Positions 11,238 to 23,272 of a stretch of 64,000 nucleotides of DNA are shown in pieces. The notes below the pieces were generated by a model that was not told where the DNA came from, did no database searches, and saw only the letters and a list, made by a program, of their open reading frames with translations. Both the position numbers and the translations under genes were made by a program. Source of the DNA: Yuukianura sp. NJ FZ-2021 (taxonomy: Eukaryota); contig CM102287.1 in assembly GCA_046563655.1 (NCBI GenBank), positions 6,014,001-6,078,000 of the forward strand. The letters run 5' to 3'. Position 1 is the first letter of the stretch. The number at the start of each line of letters is the position of its first letter.

Positions 11238-12021
11238 TGCCTTACAGGATCTCGTTTCTCAACATGAACCTTTCAAAATTTTATAACCAATGTAACTTTT
11301 TATAACCAAAGTAACTTTTTTACTCAAAAGTTAATTTTTTTTTGTTTAATAAGGTGAAGGGTGGGGTTAGTTAATAACAAGATCAACATAAATTAAGTCA
11401 GAAAGTGTCATTTTACAATCAGAAAACGAGAATTGTGCTGCATAATTTTTACACGTTTGCATTCAAAATTCTGGCAAGTTGTAAAAAGGGGACAAGGTCT
11501 ACAACGTTAAAAGCTTTAAGGGATGATGATGAGTAGAATACTTGAGTTGCTCATCTTAGTGCTGCCAAATTAAAAGAAGAAGATGATTTTGACACTACGA
11601 CGGTGTCGCGTATACCACTTAAAGGCCTTTTATGAATTACGGCAAAGCATTTTTCATGTTCACGTAAATAATCATTTTGCATAATGAAAAGAGGATGATT
11701 CAATCAATTGCTTAATGAATTTGCACGTGATCTTGGGATCCGATTCTGGTTTTTCTTGATTTTAATGTCACAAAAAGATGTGCCAAAATTTTAGAGGTTT
11801 TATTTGTGTAAAAAAAAGTGAATGTTGTTGTGGGCAAGATGTTTACAAAGTAAGAATTGCTAAGAATTGTAAAAATTGCAGTTGAAAGGAAAATTATGGC
11901 ATACTAACTACAACGTGTAATAATGGTAAACTAAATGAGGAATAAGGATCGTATAATTAATATACGATCACTTATTATTGGAAAAAGTGTAAACTATAAG
12001 AAAATTGAGCCAGAAAAGATT

Positions 12022-12616
12022 TTAGGCTGCTACGATTCGATTGTCTTCGAGAATGACGAATCCATTTTCGTCAGCTCGGTATGACACTTTGATGAGTTTT
12101 CCTTCAAGGTCGTAGTATGTGTAGAATCCTTCCTTGACCAAGATTGGTCCATCTACTCCGCCAGGCTTGAATGAGAGTTGTTCCTGTCGTTCGGTTCCAT
12201 CCGAATTTTGGAATCCCCTGAAAAGTAGTTTCGAAATGTCAAAATTTTGGTTGGAATACCAAAAAATTTGGGTTCAGGAAATCAGGTTTAAGGAACAGAA
12301 GAAAACTTTAGTTAAAAGTTTACCAGTTAGCAGCTCCGTTGGCAAGTTCATCGAAATATTGTCTGACGATTGTCACATCGGCATCTCGCGTATTTTTGTT
12401 GTACGGAGTCGGGTTGATTGGTTTTGGGTTTGGCCTTGGTGGTTGCGTTTGTGGGTTGAAAGGTCGTTGGTTATTGAACTGGTTTTGGAACTGCTGCGCT
12501 GCAGCGAATCCCACCAAAGCAAGGAGTAAGACCTAAACAGTTTTGAAATTATGAAAGTCCAAAAATTGTAGAAAAATTTCGAAATTTTATTTTGAAAAGT
12601 GAATTACGTATTTCAT
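12022..12616 (-). CDS. RR-1-type cuticular protein, copy A (3 exons)
   Basis: MKY|VLLLALVGFAAAQQ...ADVTIVRQYFDELANGAANW|GFQNSDGTERQE...VKEGFYTYYDLEGKLIKVSYRADENGF. TATA-like TATAAAA near 12706-12712 on the minus strand. Confidence 0.9.
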
Positions 12617-13587
12617 GATGGCTGAAGAACCTGATTGGCTGAGCTCTGTCTGTAGTGATTGGACTCTGACTTCGTCTGTGACAAGTTCAAGCGACGCTTG
12701 TCCTTTTTTATACGCAGCAAATTCAGCAAAATGTTGCTTTGTTTCTTCGAGTCGCTTAAGACTTCAAATGACTTGGTTCCCCTTGGGGCAAGGTTGCCAA
12801 CTTTTTGGAAATGAAGACAGCCAAAAAATTAAAGTGGATGAGATATGGTTGAAGATGACCCCAAGAGTCAATGAATATTGGACACCCCTACTCTGTCTCA
12901 TAACGCAAATTTGCAAATTCAGAATTCTAGACATATGACATGAAGTGTCCAATTGGCTCACCTCGTCTTGGGCGGGAACCTTGTCATCTCTGGGCCATTG
13001 ACGACAAAACATGACGCTACAGAGGAATCTTGTGTCATTTAATCATCAAATGTTCACTTGGCATTTATTTTTCAGTCAGACGAAGTAGATGAAACCAAAA
13101 TATGCACTTTTTAGTATTGCGTAAGTTGTACTGCATAATTAGTCGATTAAGTGAGTGAGTCCTTTACCCATCAAGTAGCACCACTTAAGCGCACCTCTAA
13201 AAAGTGCAGAAGGTGAAGGTGCCATTGGTGCCGATTATGTGACACTTCGAGCCTCTCCTTCTCAAAAACGTCTTCTGAAGTGCCTCCCAGGACACTTTGA
13301 TCAATTAATCCGTTCATTAGTACATGTCAACTTCAAATTAACGGTCGGTAGCAACAATGTCGAAAAGGAAAAAATGTTTTGGCAGTTTTTCAAATTGCTA
13401 ATTTTTAAAAGTGTAGAACCAGAAAATGTTAAGGTCAGCGAGTCACCACAAATTAATTTCAATTCAATTGATAGTTGACATTAATTTGAATCTAAAATCT
13501 ATGTGAATCTTATGTATTATGAACCAAACCGTTACGAAAATCTAAAATATCTATTCTAAATCCGGGGGTAGTGCGCCCTTGCTTACG

Positions 13588-13844
13588 AATGAAATGCTCA
13601 GAATGAATTGCAACGAAACCAATTGCTCCGAAAGGTAACTTGCTCCGAAAGACAAGTTGCTACGAAATATAAAAACTTACATTAATGTGCTTAGCGTTAA
13701 GTAAGGTTAGGTTATAAATCATAAATTTAGGTTTTGTTAGGCTAATAATCCTTGGTATGACTAATTTCGGAGCAGTCTGGCTTTCCGATCAATTTACCTT
13801 GCGGAGCAATTGGTTTCGTAGTAATTCATTCGGAACAATTGCAT
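13588..13844. mobile_element. Small inverted-repeat element (MITE-like) with arms built from about 17-bp tandem units
   Basis: GAATGAATTGCAACGAAACCAATTGCTCCGAAAGGTAA (13601 on) pairs with TTACCTTGCGGAGCAATTGGTTTCGTAGTAATTCATTC (to 13831). TTGCTCCGAAA unit is repeated. AT-rich spacer with GGTTA motifs. Confidence 0.7.
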
Positions 13845-16322
13845 GAAGTAAAATGTGTACACTACATTTTTTTTTTACATTTTTTGTACAGTTTCGTTGG
13901 ACATGAGCCATGCATGCGACATGAGATTGTACTTAAGGAACAAGATTATCATCCCATTTTACAATGACCAAACACTGTTCCCACGATCTGTGAGTCAGAA
14001 ATCTCAACGCGTTAAAAAATTGAATTCAAATTTGAGCTTAAAAATTAGATCATTGAAATAGAAATAAAAATTTCTAACTGTACACCTCAACCTTGCATTT
14101 TCGAAACTTGCTCTGGACCCGAGCCTTCTCAATCTCAACTCCATCACATTCTGGATATGATGCAATTACTTTAATTCTTCTTCCGATGTCGTAATTAAAG
14201 TGATAATTTACGGTTCCATTATTCACTTAAATTGTTACTCAATGACCGAGGCCATGAGGCTTAAAAGGTTACGTTTTGCAACAGCAGGAAAATCTTAGCT
14301 CATCAGAAGAATTTGAGCCAAATAAAACAATGGGCAGAACGAAGAACTGTCGCAAAAGTTTAAGAAACAGTTTAAAGTTTGCATGATTCTCTGTTCACCT
14401 TTTCCTTAACAATTCGCCAAAAAATCATAGGTTAGGTTAATAAGTACAGGAAGTTTCATCTCGAATGCCAAAACTCCCTTGACGGACGGGAGAGCTCGTC
14501 AATTCATTTTTCATCAAATTTTGTTTTTTCAAAACCTACATTGATTCAAAGTCGATCTGCAGTTACACATCTCCCGGTTTTAGTAATCTTTCGCCCTAAT
14601 TTTTTTTTTTCGAAAAAATCTCAGTTTTCGAAAAATTCAAGGCGGAAACTGTCTTGTGTTGCTCCACTTTCTGCTTGGTGAAAGCAAGTGAAAGTGACGC
14701 TACTCATCCAGAAAACGACCAAAACAGCGAGGTAAGAACTTCGAAACAAAGGCTGAATCCGAAAACTCAGTGCCAGAGAACGCCGAAATTGCAAAAGTTT
14801 GTGACAAAATTGCTTTTTCTGTCCCATTCTTTACCCGTCGTTGACCTCCAAAACTTTGTTGTAATTTTGGCTCCAACCAAAATTGGTTTTTATTTCGACG
14901 AGAGTAGCATTAACTTACAGCAGTCATAAATCAGTTTTGAAATTGTGTGGAATTAAGTTCAAATCAACGCAATGTAAAAAAAAAGACAAGTTTGGTGGGT
15001 TGGGAAGATTTAATAAGGTGAGAAAGCCATGCGTGCAAATGGAGGGTGGAAGACGCAACAGCAAAAAATTGGCAGAATACTTGAATATATTTTTGGCAAA
15101 AGAGTTAAATTAAAATTTGCACAAGTAGTGAATTGATTTTTGAATAATTTCATATAGGAATTGTTGTACAAATTGAAAATTAATTAACATTTAAATTCAT
15201 TCAAAAAGTATACAGAACAAAAGAATTTTTTTTATGGTTTTGGGTTGGAAGATGGGTAGGTCAAGGGCTTGACAATAACCTGAATATAAATTACAACAAA
15301 CAACTTTGTCTGTTTTGCACAATAGTGCAGTAAAATGCATGCATAATGGTCGTGGGCACGCTAAAGTTATAATTGTGACGCCTTCAGCTTAATTTGATCC
15401 GTTTAACGAAGTTAGCAAATAGTCTTGTTGCGTTGAAGATTTAACCAGATTTAACACCGGTAGCTTTTAACTGTTTCTGTAAAATTTGAGAGTCTTGTAA
15501 ATCGAACATAGTTGAATTTATTTGATGAGCATTGCAGAAATTTATTATTAGAAGTAGAGATGCTGCATGCTGCTGAAACCTAAAAATTGTTAGCATTAAA
15601 TTATTACTTTTAAAGTTTTGTGGTAGAATGTATGAAAAATCGGAAATTTTAGGATATTTATTACTCATAATTACATTATACAAAGTATTCAGTATTCAAA
15701 AAATACTATGTGTGTCGTTCTCTTTGCCCTCCTTCTTCATTCCAATACTATTTTATAGTTAATCCCAAAATGATGTGTAGGTTGCATTCATTTAAGACCA
15801 AAAGCCAAAAATCGTACACACCGCAGTCAGATAATCATCCGAAGATGTTCCTCTCTTGGATTGTGATTGTGAAGTTTTTTGAAAACTAAATCGTTAATTA
15901 AATTCCTCTTTCGAAATTCCAGAATTTAATTTTGATTTGCTATTTCTTGAATTTGGTGTAGTGTGGTTTCTCATACTAATTACTTTTGTGAAAACTGACA
16001 TCAGACAGCCCTGAAAATGACTTACGAAAATTGTTCAGTGTCATAAGAAGAGGAACATAAGAGCGCCAATTTTGTTGTTTCTAATTAATAACGAAGCAAT
16101 TTAGCCAATCAACAATCTGCGACTCATTTTGAGATTAACTCTAGTTCTAGTTCTACTTTGAAGCAGATCAAATTTTTATTCCAGGCAATTCTGAGTCTAA
16201 ATGTTTGAAGTTAAAAAAAGCGAAGAGTGATTTGGAAAAAGGATAACTAAAACATACCCCTTAGACTTTTCCTTTTTTCAGAAATTTCTAAATATAGTCT
16301 ATAAATGTTATAATACGAACAC

Positions 16323-17351
16323 TTCATTATTGAAAAAACTGTAAGTTATAAACAAAGTGGACCAAAAATAACTTTAAGCTACTACGACTCGATTGTCCTC
16401 GAGAATCACAAATCCATTGTCGTCAGCTCGGTATGAGACTTTGATGAGTTTTCCTTCAGCGTCGTGGTATGTGTAGAATCCTTCCTTGACCAAGATTGGT
16501 TCTGGCCCAGTACCCCTTTTGAATGAGATTTGTTCCTGTCGTTCGGTTCCATCCGAATTTTGAAATCCCCTGAAAAGTATTTTCGAAATGAAAATTTTAG
16601 TTGAAGTAACAAAAAAAATTTAGGTTAGCTCAGGAAATCAGGTTTACAGCACAGAGGAAAACTTCTGTTGAAAGTTTACCAGTTAACAGCTCCGTTGGAA
16701 AGTTCATCAAAATATTGCTTGACGATTGTCACATCAGCATCTCGGGTATTCTTGTTGTACGGAGTCGGGTTGAATGGCTTTTTCGGTGGTTGGTTGAAAT
16801 TTTGTTGCGGAAAGTTCTGGAATTGCTGCGCTGCAGCGAATCCCACCAAAGCAAGAAGAAAGACCTAAAAATAGGTTTGAAATTATGAAACTCCAAAAAT
16901 TTTGAGATTTTATTTTGAAAACTGAATTACGTATTTCATGATGGCTGAAGACGCTGATTGGCTGAGCTCTGTCTTTAGTGATTGGACTCTGAGTTCGTTT
17001 GTGACAAGTTCAAGCGACGCGTGCCCTTTTTTATACGCAGCAAATTTGTTGTTGATTTGGTTCTTCTAGTCACTTGAAACACCAAATGACTTGGTCCCCC
17101 TTGGGGGAAGGTTGCCAAATATTTGGAAATTGAGACAACCAAAAAATTAAAGTGGATGAGATATGGCTGAAGATGACCCCAAGAGTCAACGAAAATTAGA
17201 CACCCCTAGTCTGTCCCATAACTTGAACCATTATTTCCAAATTCAGAATTCTAAACGTAGACTGATGACATAACTTAAAGTGTCACATTGGCTCATCTCG
17301 TCTTGGGCGGTAACCTTGACATCTCTGGGACATCGACAACTAGATGACGCT
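16323..17351. repeat. Direct segmental duplicate of about 11971-13018 (cuticle gene plus about 400 bp of promoter)
   Basis: Co-linear near-identity in exons, introns and upstream DNA, e.g. AAAAAATTAAAGTGGATGAGATATGG and CTCGTCTTGGGCGG in both copies. Confidence 0.9.
16374..16939 (-). CDS. RR-1-type cuticular protein, copy B (3 exons), paralog of 12022-12616
   Basis: Intact spliced ORF ending GFQNSDGTERQEQISFKRGTGPEPILVKEGFYTYHDAEGKLIKVSYRADDNGFVILEDNRVVVA*. Same intron positions as copy A. Confidence 0.9.
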
Positions 17352-20300
17352 TTTTGAAGCTTTTCGTTTTTTAGAAATTTCTAGTTCACTCAGGATTTGG
17401 GAAGATTCGGAAGCGTCGCTCGTCGGGTTAAGTCAAACCTGTTTTAGATTCTCAATTTTCTTGTGGGTTTTTTACAACTTTACGGTACTAGCTTTTTATT
17501 CTTACTACATAGAATTTTTGGAAAATTTGTAGGATTTGGCTTATTTCGATAGTGTAACGTATTTACTTGTGGTGAGAATTACACTTTGCTGGAGAATCAA
17601 AACTTGTCATTAAAATGCATTGGGGTCCACACATTCCATGTTCCGTGTCAAAACCATAAAGTGATCAATATACTATGATTTGTGGTTTAGCTTTCTTTTG
17701 TGACAGGTCACGTTAGAAATAAGGTCAAGGGGAGGTTCTACTGCACTGACGCCTGGAAATTCACACTCGTTTATGCTTTCTCTTCTTTCAAGCTTTTTGT
17801 CCCTGCATGGTGAAAGTCTATCCATGTTAAACCTAAACCTTTTCTCTGCTTACGTCAAGGAAGAAAGGCTGCACAGACTTTTGTACAGTTGCCAAAAAGT
17901 GAAAGTTCGGGATTGACTTCCGAGCAATCCTCGACCAAAGGTTACCCCTTCGGCTTCGTTCCTTTCGACCGACGCTTTAGCTTCCCTAGACTACTCTCCG
18001 AAGTCATAGCGACTGTGTAACCAAGGCTAAAACCAAAGTCCAAAGCAACCAAGCTGTGTAGGTTCGAACGCGCCAGGGAGCATTGGATCCTCCCGTTCCA
18101 GCCCAAGAAATCATCTCAGCACGACCTCCCTGGCTGCTTCAAAGTCCAAAGTCCAACACTTATATTTGCAGCAGTAGCACTGCAGACGTGCAAAAAAAAA
18201 GTTGCGAAAAAAGTCTTCCTTTGCTTTGTATAGTTTGCACCGTGTGGTTTGACAGGAGCAGTTGAATTAGCACTGGTACTGGTTTTAGCATAAGACTCTC
18301 CCCCGAGGTTCTGTCAAAACCAACCTCAACTTACCATTTATATTTCACCATCATCAAAGCGTCATAGTTTCTGTGCAAAAACTAACTTATACAAAAAAAA
18401 GTTAAACCCTCATCGTCAGACAACGTGAGCGTCGTGGCAATTGGCAAAGCCGACGGATTGACAGACAAGTCCTGTCTTTCCACTTTTGGAGCCGGTAGAA
18501 GTCAGAACTGGTCAGTTTTTCCAGTAACAAGTCAAATCAACACAGGAAGCTCAAATTCATCAAGAAGAATAATCTATTCCTAGGGCTTCATCGGAGGCTA
18601 TTCAAGTAAGTACTGTTTCTGTTTTATGAAATTTTGAAAAAAAGATTTCAAATTGTTCAAATTTTAAATTGGTGAATCTAAACCGAATGTGTAAAGAAAC
18701 CTAAGCTGTATCTTACGGTTTACTTTATTTCTTCATCAGACCAGTTTAGAAAAAGAGAAACATAAAAATGAGGAATGAGAAAAAATTCACAATTTCACAA
18801 AGGACTGGTTTTCCCTAATTGCGAAATTTTATTGTTGGATCAAAAAATGTTAAGGTGAAGGACGGTAAAATGCTAGGTTTTGTTGCATATCTGGTTACAG
18901 ATTAACAAAAAATCTTTTGAAGGTTAGGCTAGGGCAATTGTTAAGGTTAAATAGAAACAAAAAGTTACGTAAGTTAAAATAAGGTTAATTTTAGCTCATT
19001 CGGTGGCCTGATTGATACTTTCGCACGATGTCACCCATTCATGATCATGCTGTCATCCCACTTTATCGTTAGCGTCAATGGAGAAATCCTTGCTTTGATG
19101 TTTTTGCGAACTCAAAGTTCAAAGTTCAACTGCTGTTTAACTGTAAAGCGATGTGATGATGTATAACATGTGACATTATGACCACATTTGATATCCAGAA
19201 TCGCGTTCCATTTTTAATCTCACTTGAGTCTGCACTGCTACCATTGACCTTTAGCAATGGAAACAGGATTTGCACATTGCAAAATCTAAATGTAACACTC
19301 TTCCATACAGATTAAGTTCACGTGTAACTCCCATGGAATCACACCATCATCGTACCATCCTAAAGAAGTATGGTACTAATTACACTTCAATTTTATTTCA
19401 ATTGTGAAATTCCTCAGAAACCCGGTACTTAAAAATGTTCAAAGGCGAATTTTTTAAGTACATTTCTCAAAATGCAATTCGAAAAAATTTGTTTGTATTT
19501 ATTCATGGCTATTTATGACTACCATTAATCACGTACTAAAAAAATTACTAAACCGAGCTACCAGACAGGGAAGAGGTGGAGATTCTCAAGAACTAAGCAT
19601 TGTTTGTGGGAAATGAAGGAATTAATTTTTTTTTAATATATCTTCATTACATTTACATCATTTAATGTCGACATTAACTTTTAATCAAACGCGGAGCGAG
19701 CTTTTGTTTTACTTATTTGATGGATGGCGTTGTGTTTTGACTTCACGGAGGAGGACATAGTGCAGGGTTCAATGCAACAGGGTCGAACACAATTTGGTCG
19801 AAAAGGGAAATGGTCAAAAATTGAGAAGATCAAGTATACAAAAAACCCTTGCATAACCACACCTTTGTTGTTATTTGTAACGTTGGCATTTTCGGCTTTT
19901 GACCTTGTCGTTTTTTGAAGAAATTGTTTTAACCATTTTACTTGCTGTGCGAATGCCCGGAATAAATTCATAATTCAATAATTTTAAATGAAAATTCAGT
20001 GAAATCATTTTATTTTCGTAGTCTTCGCCGTTTAAAAATGAAGCTACACTTTTTTTTCGATATAAAAACGAAGGGGTATCATCATACTACTAAACTACTT
20101 TCGTGTTACCCACAACATTTTTTATATGAATGAAAAGATTTCGAGACTATTTTTAACTTTTTAGCTAAAGAAAACCAACAATTCAAACAAAAACAAACGC
20201 ACTTGATCTCAACGTAGTACACAAAATTTGGCATCATTCTGAAACCCTTTTTTTACTGACGTGGGTTACGCCTTTTACTGAAATACTTCTGAATTAGGCA

Positions 20301-20852
20301 ATTTTTAATACCATTTTCACTCTCTCTCGAATTTTTATGAAAAAAAAATTGTCATGTTTGTAAGCAAAATTGTGTTGCTCATCAATTCTTTGTTTATTGG
20401 AATTTGTCTCTCGGTCACAGTCCACGGAGTCACTAGGCACCACCGTGATAGGTCCAATCAATGACCATTGGACACACAAATGTCCACCTCGGACTTTGGA
20501 AGTTTTTCAGAAATTGACCAGCTCATGCATAGTTGATAGCATTTTGGTCGTTTATTTTGTTGTCGCCGCAACGAGCTGGAGGACTTCCTCATTTAAAAAT
20601 CAACACTAAATAGCTACCCTCTCCACTTTCATTTCCAAAACTACTATTTCATAGGCAGCTAAAAAAACAGTTGACATCGACATTCAGCTCCTGCAACTCC
20701 TCCTTCATTTTGACAAGAAACCGGGCAGATTTCAAATACTGCCGCCATTTTGTTCAATATCGGTTTATACCCTCTTACGACATCCATTTTATCCAGTATT
20801 TCATTTCACTTCCGTCACTACTACTCAACCTCCTGAGAAGAATCGGATATCC

Positions 20853-22503
20853 ATGTCAGTGATGCAGGTTCGTACATTGACTAAATTGTCAACTTGTCAC
20901 CTTGTTTGAAATGTTGACAACTTTTTCCTTTTGGTTGTCCTGTGTCACTAGACTCAATCACGACATGCACACTGCATGTGCACACATAGTGTGCACGCAT
21001 GCACGCTGCATGATTCCTCATTTCTCCATCGGAAGAAAGCATTTTTTCATATTTTTTTCATATTTTTCATTTACATATGCATATCACAGAACTGTACATT
21101 GATTTTGGTTGACTTTGATTTGTAGACTATTGGCTTTTTAGGTTTTACGTTAGGCCAACTAAAGTTTTTCACACTCATTTGTTATGTTTTTACTTTATTT
21201 ATTTTTATTACTTTTTTGTGTTTTTGCGTTTTTAAACACAACTTTTGTTGCTTAGATTGCCAAGATGCCACCAATTCCGACTGAAACGATTGACCAAATC
21301 CCTTTGGGGTATGTTGAGAAACCGACCCAGCGACAAAGAAAAGATGTTTTGAAGATTCGACCTCTGAATGACCTCACAGACGTAGATCAAGATGGATTCA
21401 TTTCAACTCTAGAAGAATCCTATGTTCCACCGCCATTCACCATCAAAGAACTGCGTGACTGTATTCCAGCACATCTCTTCAAGAAGTCTCTTCTCAAATC
21501 GTCGTTGTATCTCATGGCCAATCTCTGCGCCGTGGCGGCCATTTTCTACGCAGCTACGTTCATCCACACTCTGGCTCCAGCTCCACTGGCCTTAGTCTTA
21601 TGGCCACTGTACTGGTGGTATCAAGGAGTAGCAGCTACTGGGATCTGGGTCATTGCTCATGAATGTGGTCACCAGTCATTCTCCGACTCCAAGGCCATTA
21701 ACAACTTCGTTGGACTCATTCTACACTCGATTCTGCTCGTGCCATACCATCCCTGGAGAATCTCACATGCTCAACACCATGCCTCAACTGGACATATTGC
21801 GCAAGACCAAGTTTTTGTACCCAAGAGACGCTCAGAAGTCAAGGTCAATCATGAACCGTCACCATGGCAAGAAGCTCTGGAAGCATCTCCACTCTACACC
21901 ATATACCATGTCTTCACTTACTTGTTTTTCGGATGGCCCGCCTACCTTATGATGCACGTCTCCGGACAAAAATACGACCAGTACACGTCCCATTTCCATC
22001 CAACGTCACCAATCTTTGAAAAACGCCATCGCAGCCAAGTTCTAATTTCTGACTTGGGTCTTGTCATTGTCTTGGCACTCATTGCCTCTTCGGTCTACCT
22101 GACATCCTTCTGGACCATGGCCAAGTTTTTTGGAATTCCGTACCTCCTGGTCAACTGCTGGCTCGTTACCATCACACTTCTCCAGCACACTGACGTCTAC
22201 TTGCCCCACTACGCTCCACATTCCTGGAACTTTGTTCGTGGAGCCTTGACCACGGTGGACCGAGACTACGGCTGGTTCCTCAACCACGCCCTGCACCACA
22301 TCCAAGATTCCCATGTCGCTCACCACCTCTTTTCCCAAATGCCGTTCTACAATGCCATCAAAGCCACGCCCTACTTGAAAGCCAAACTGGGCGAATACTA
22401 CTACTACGACCGAACGCCTGTCTGGAAAGCTCTGTATCGCGCAGTCCGGAACTGCGTCTTTGTTGAGGATTCGGGTGACATCCTCTTCTATCGCAACAAA
22501 TGA
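20853..22503 (+). CDS. Methyl-end (Delta12/omega-6, FAD2-like) fatty acid desaturase A; main exon 21256-22503, probable 15-nt first coding exon 20853-20867
   Basis: Three His boxes HECGH, HAQHH and HVAHH, plus FTIKELRDCIPAHLF, TGIWVIAH, WLVTITLLQHTD, WNFVRGALTTVDRDYG and MPFYNA. No cytochrome b5 domain. ATGTCAGTGATGCAG|gt splices in frame to ag|ATTGCCAAGATG. Confidence 0.93.
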
Positions 22504-23272
22504 GCTAGAATTACTTGAAACCTAACCTTAACCTAACAAAGGACGTTAGGTTAACAAGGTCTAAAAGCCTGCAACCTAACGTCCTTGCTCTATTTACTCA
22601 AATTTCCTAAAGTAGACTCAAAAGTCTTACAGAATCCATCACTATAATTTATATTTATTCCTTCATGTTGAGAGCTACGAGCTAAATCCAAATAAAACGG
22701 GAAGTTTCAATGTGTTTAACAAACTGACAGACAGACAGACAAAGTTTTATCATAAAGCAGCTTACGCTACTTAATTAGTAATTATAAGATTAGGTTAGGA
22801 AAAGTGGAACTTGTTTAGAAAATGGCAAGTTTTTAGAAAACGGGAGACTTTTGCAAAAAGTGCCGGGCATTGGAAAGTTATTCTCGGAAAACTTTGAATA
22901 ATTAAGGTGGGAGTTTTGGTATAACCTACTAAATCGATACGGTCTATGGAAATTTCCAAGGATGAATACTTGATGTTGCCAAAAAGAATTACAAGCGAAA
23001 CAAAAGCCAGCGTTTTGGTAGTTGATTTGAAAAAGTAGCACAAAAGGAAAAAACGTACCTTTGCAAATACTAACCTCTTTTTCCAATTTCCTCCTAAAAA
23101 GTAATCTATTTACGACCTTCCACGCGGCAGACTTTCTCCTCTTTGACTTTCCCCACCTTCCATTTCCTCCTTGTTGCTTAGTGAAGCTATTCACCTTCAA
23201 AGTGGCGCATCACCTACACTACTCACAGTTTTTTCTTTATTAAAAACTACTTATCCTGCTTTCTCCATAACC

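Noticed and set aside
13588..13844. CRISPR-like repeated units
   Set aside because: Eukaryotic context, units are about 17 bp, adjacent and inverted, with no unique spacers or cas genes.
15230..15700. Possible small minus-strand gene (80-aa ORF, splice-like sites)
   Set aside because: I could not assemble a coherent spliced ORF, signal peptide or motif.
18050..18085. tRNA gene suggested by GGTTCGAA
   Set aside because: No T-stem pairing or cloverleaf on either strand. Kept only as part of the structured-island finding.
22501..22590. Selenocysteine or stop-codon readthrough at the desaturase A TGA
   Set aside because: The protein ends at the same position as paralog B (TAA). The hairpin lacks the SECIS core and the context is TGA-G, not TGA-C.
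22670..22775. Possible Helentron/DINE-like relic: (GACA)n plus the AAGCAGC-TTAC-GCTACTT hairpin
   Set aside because: Too short to define ends or a family from one copy.
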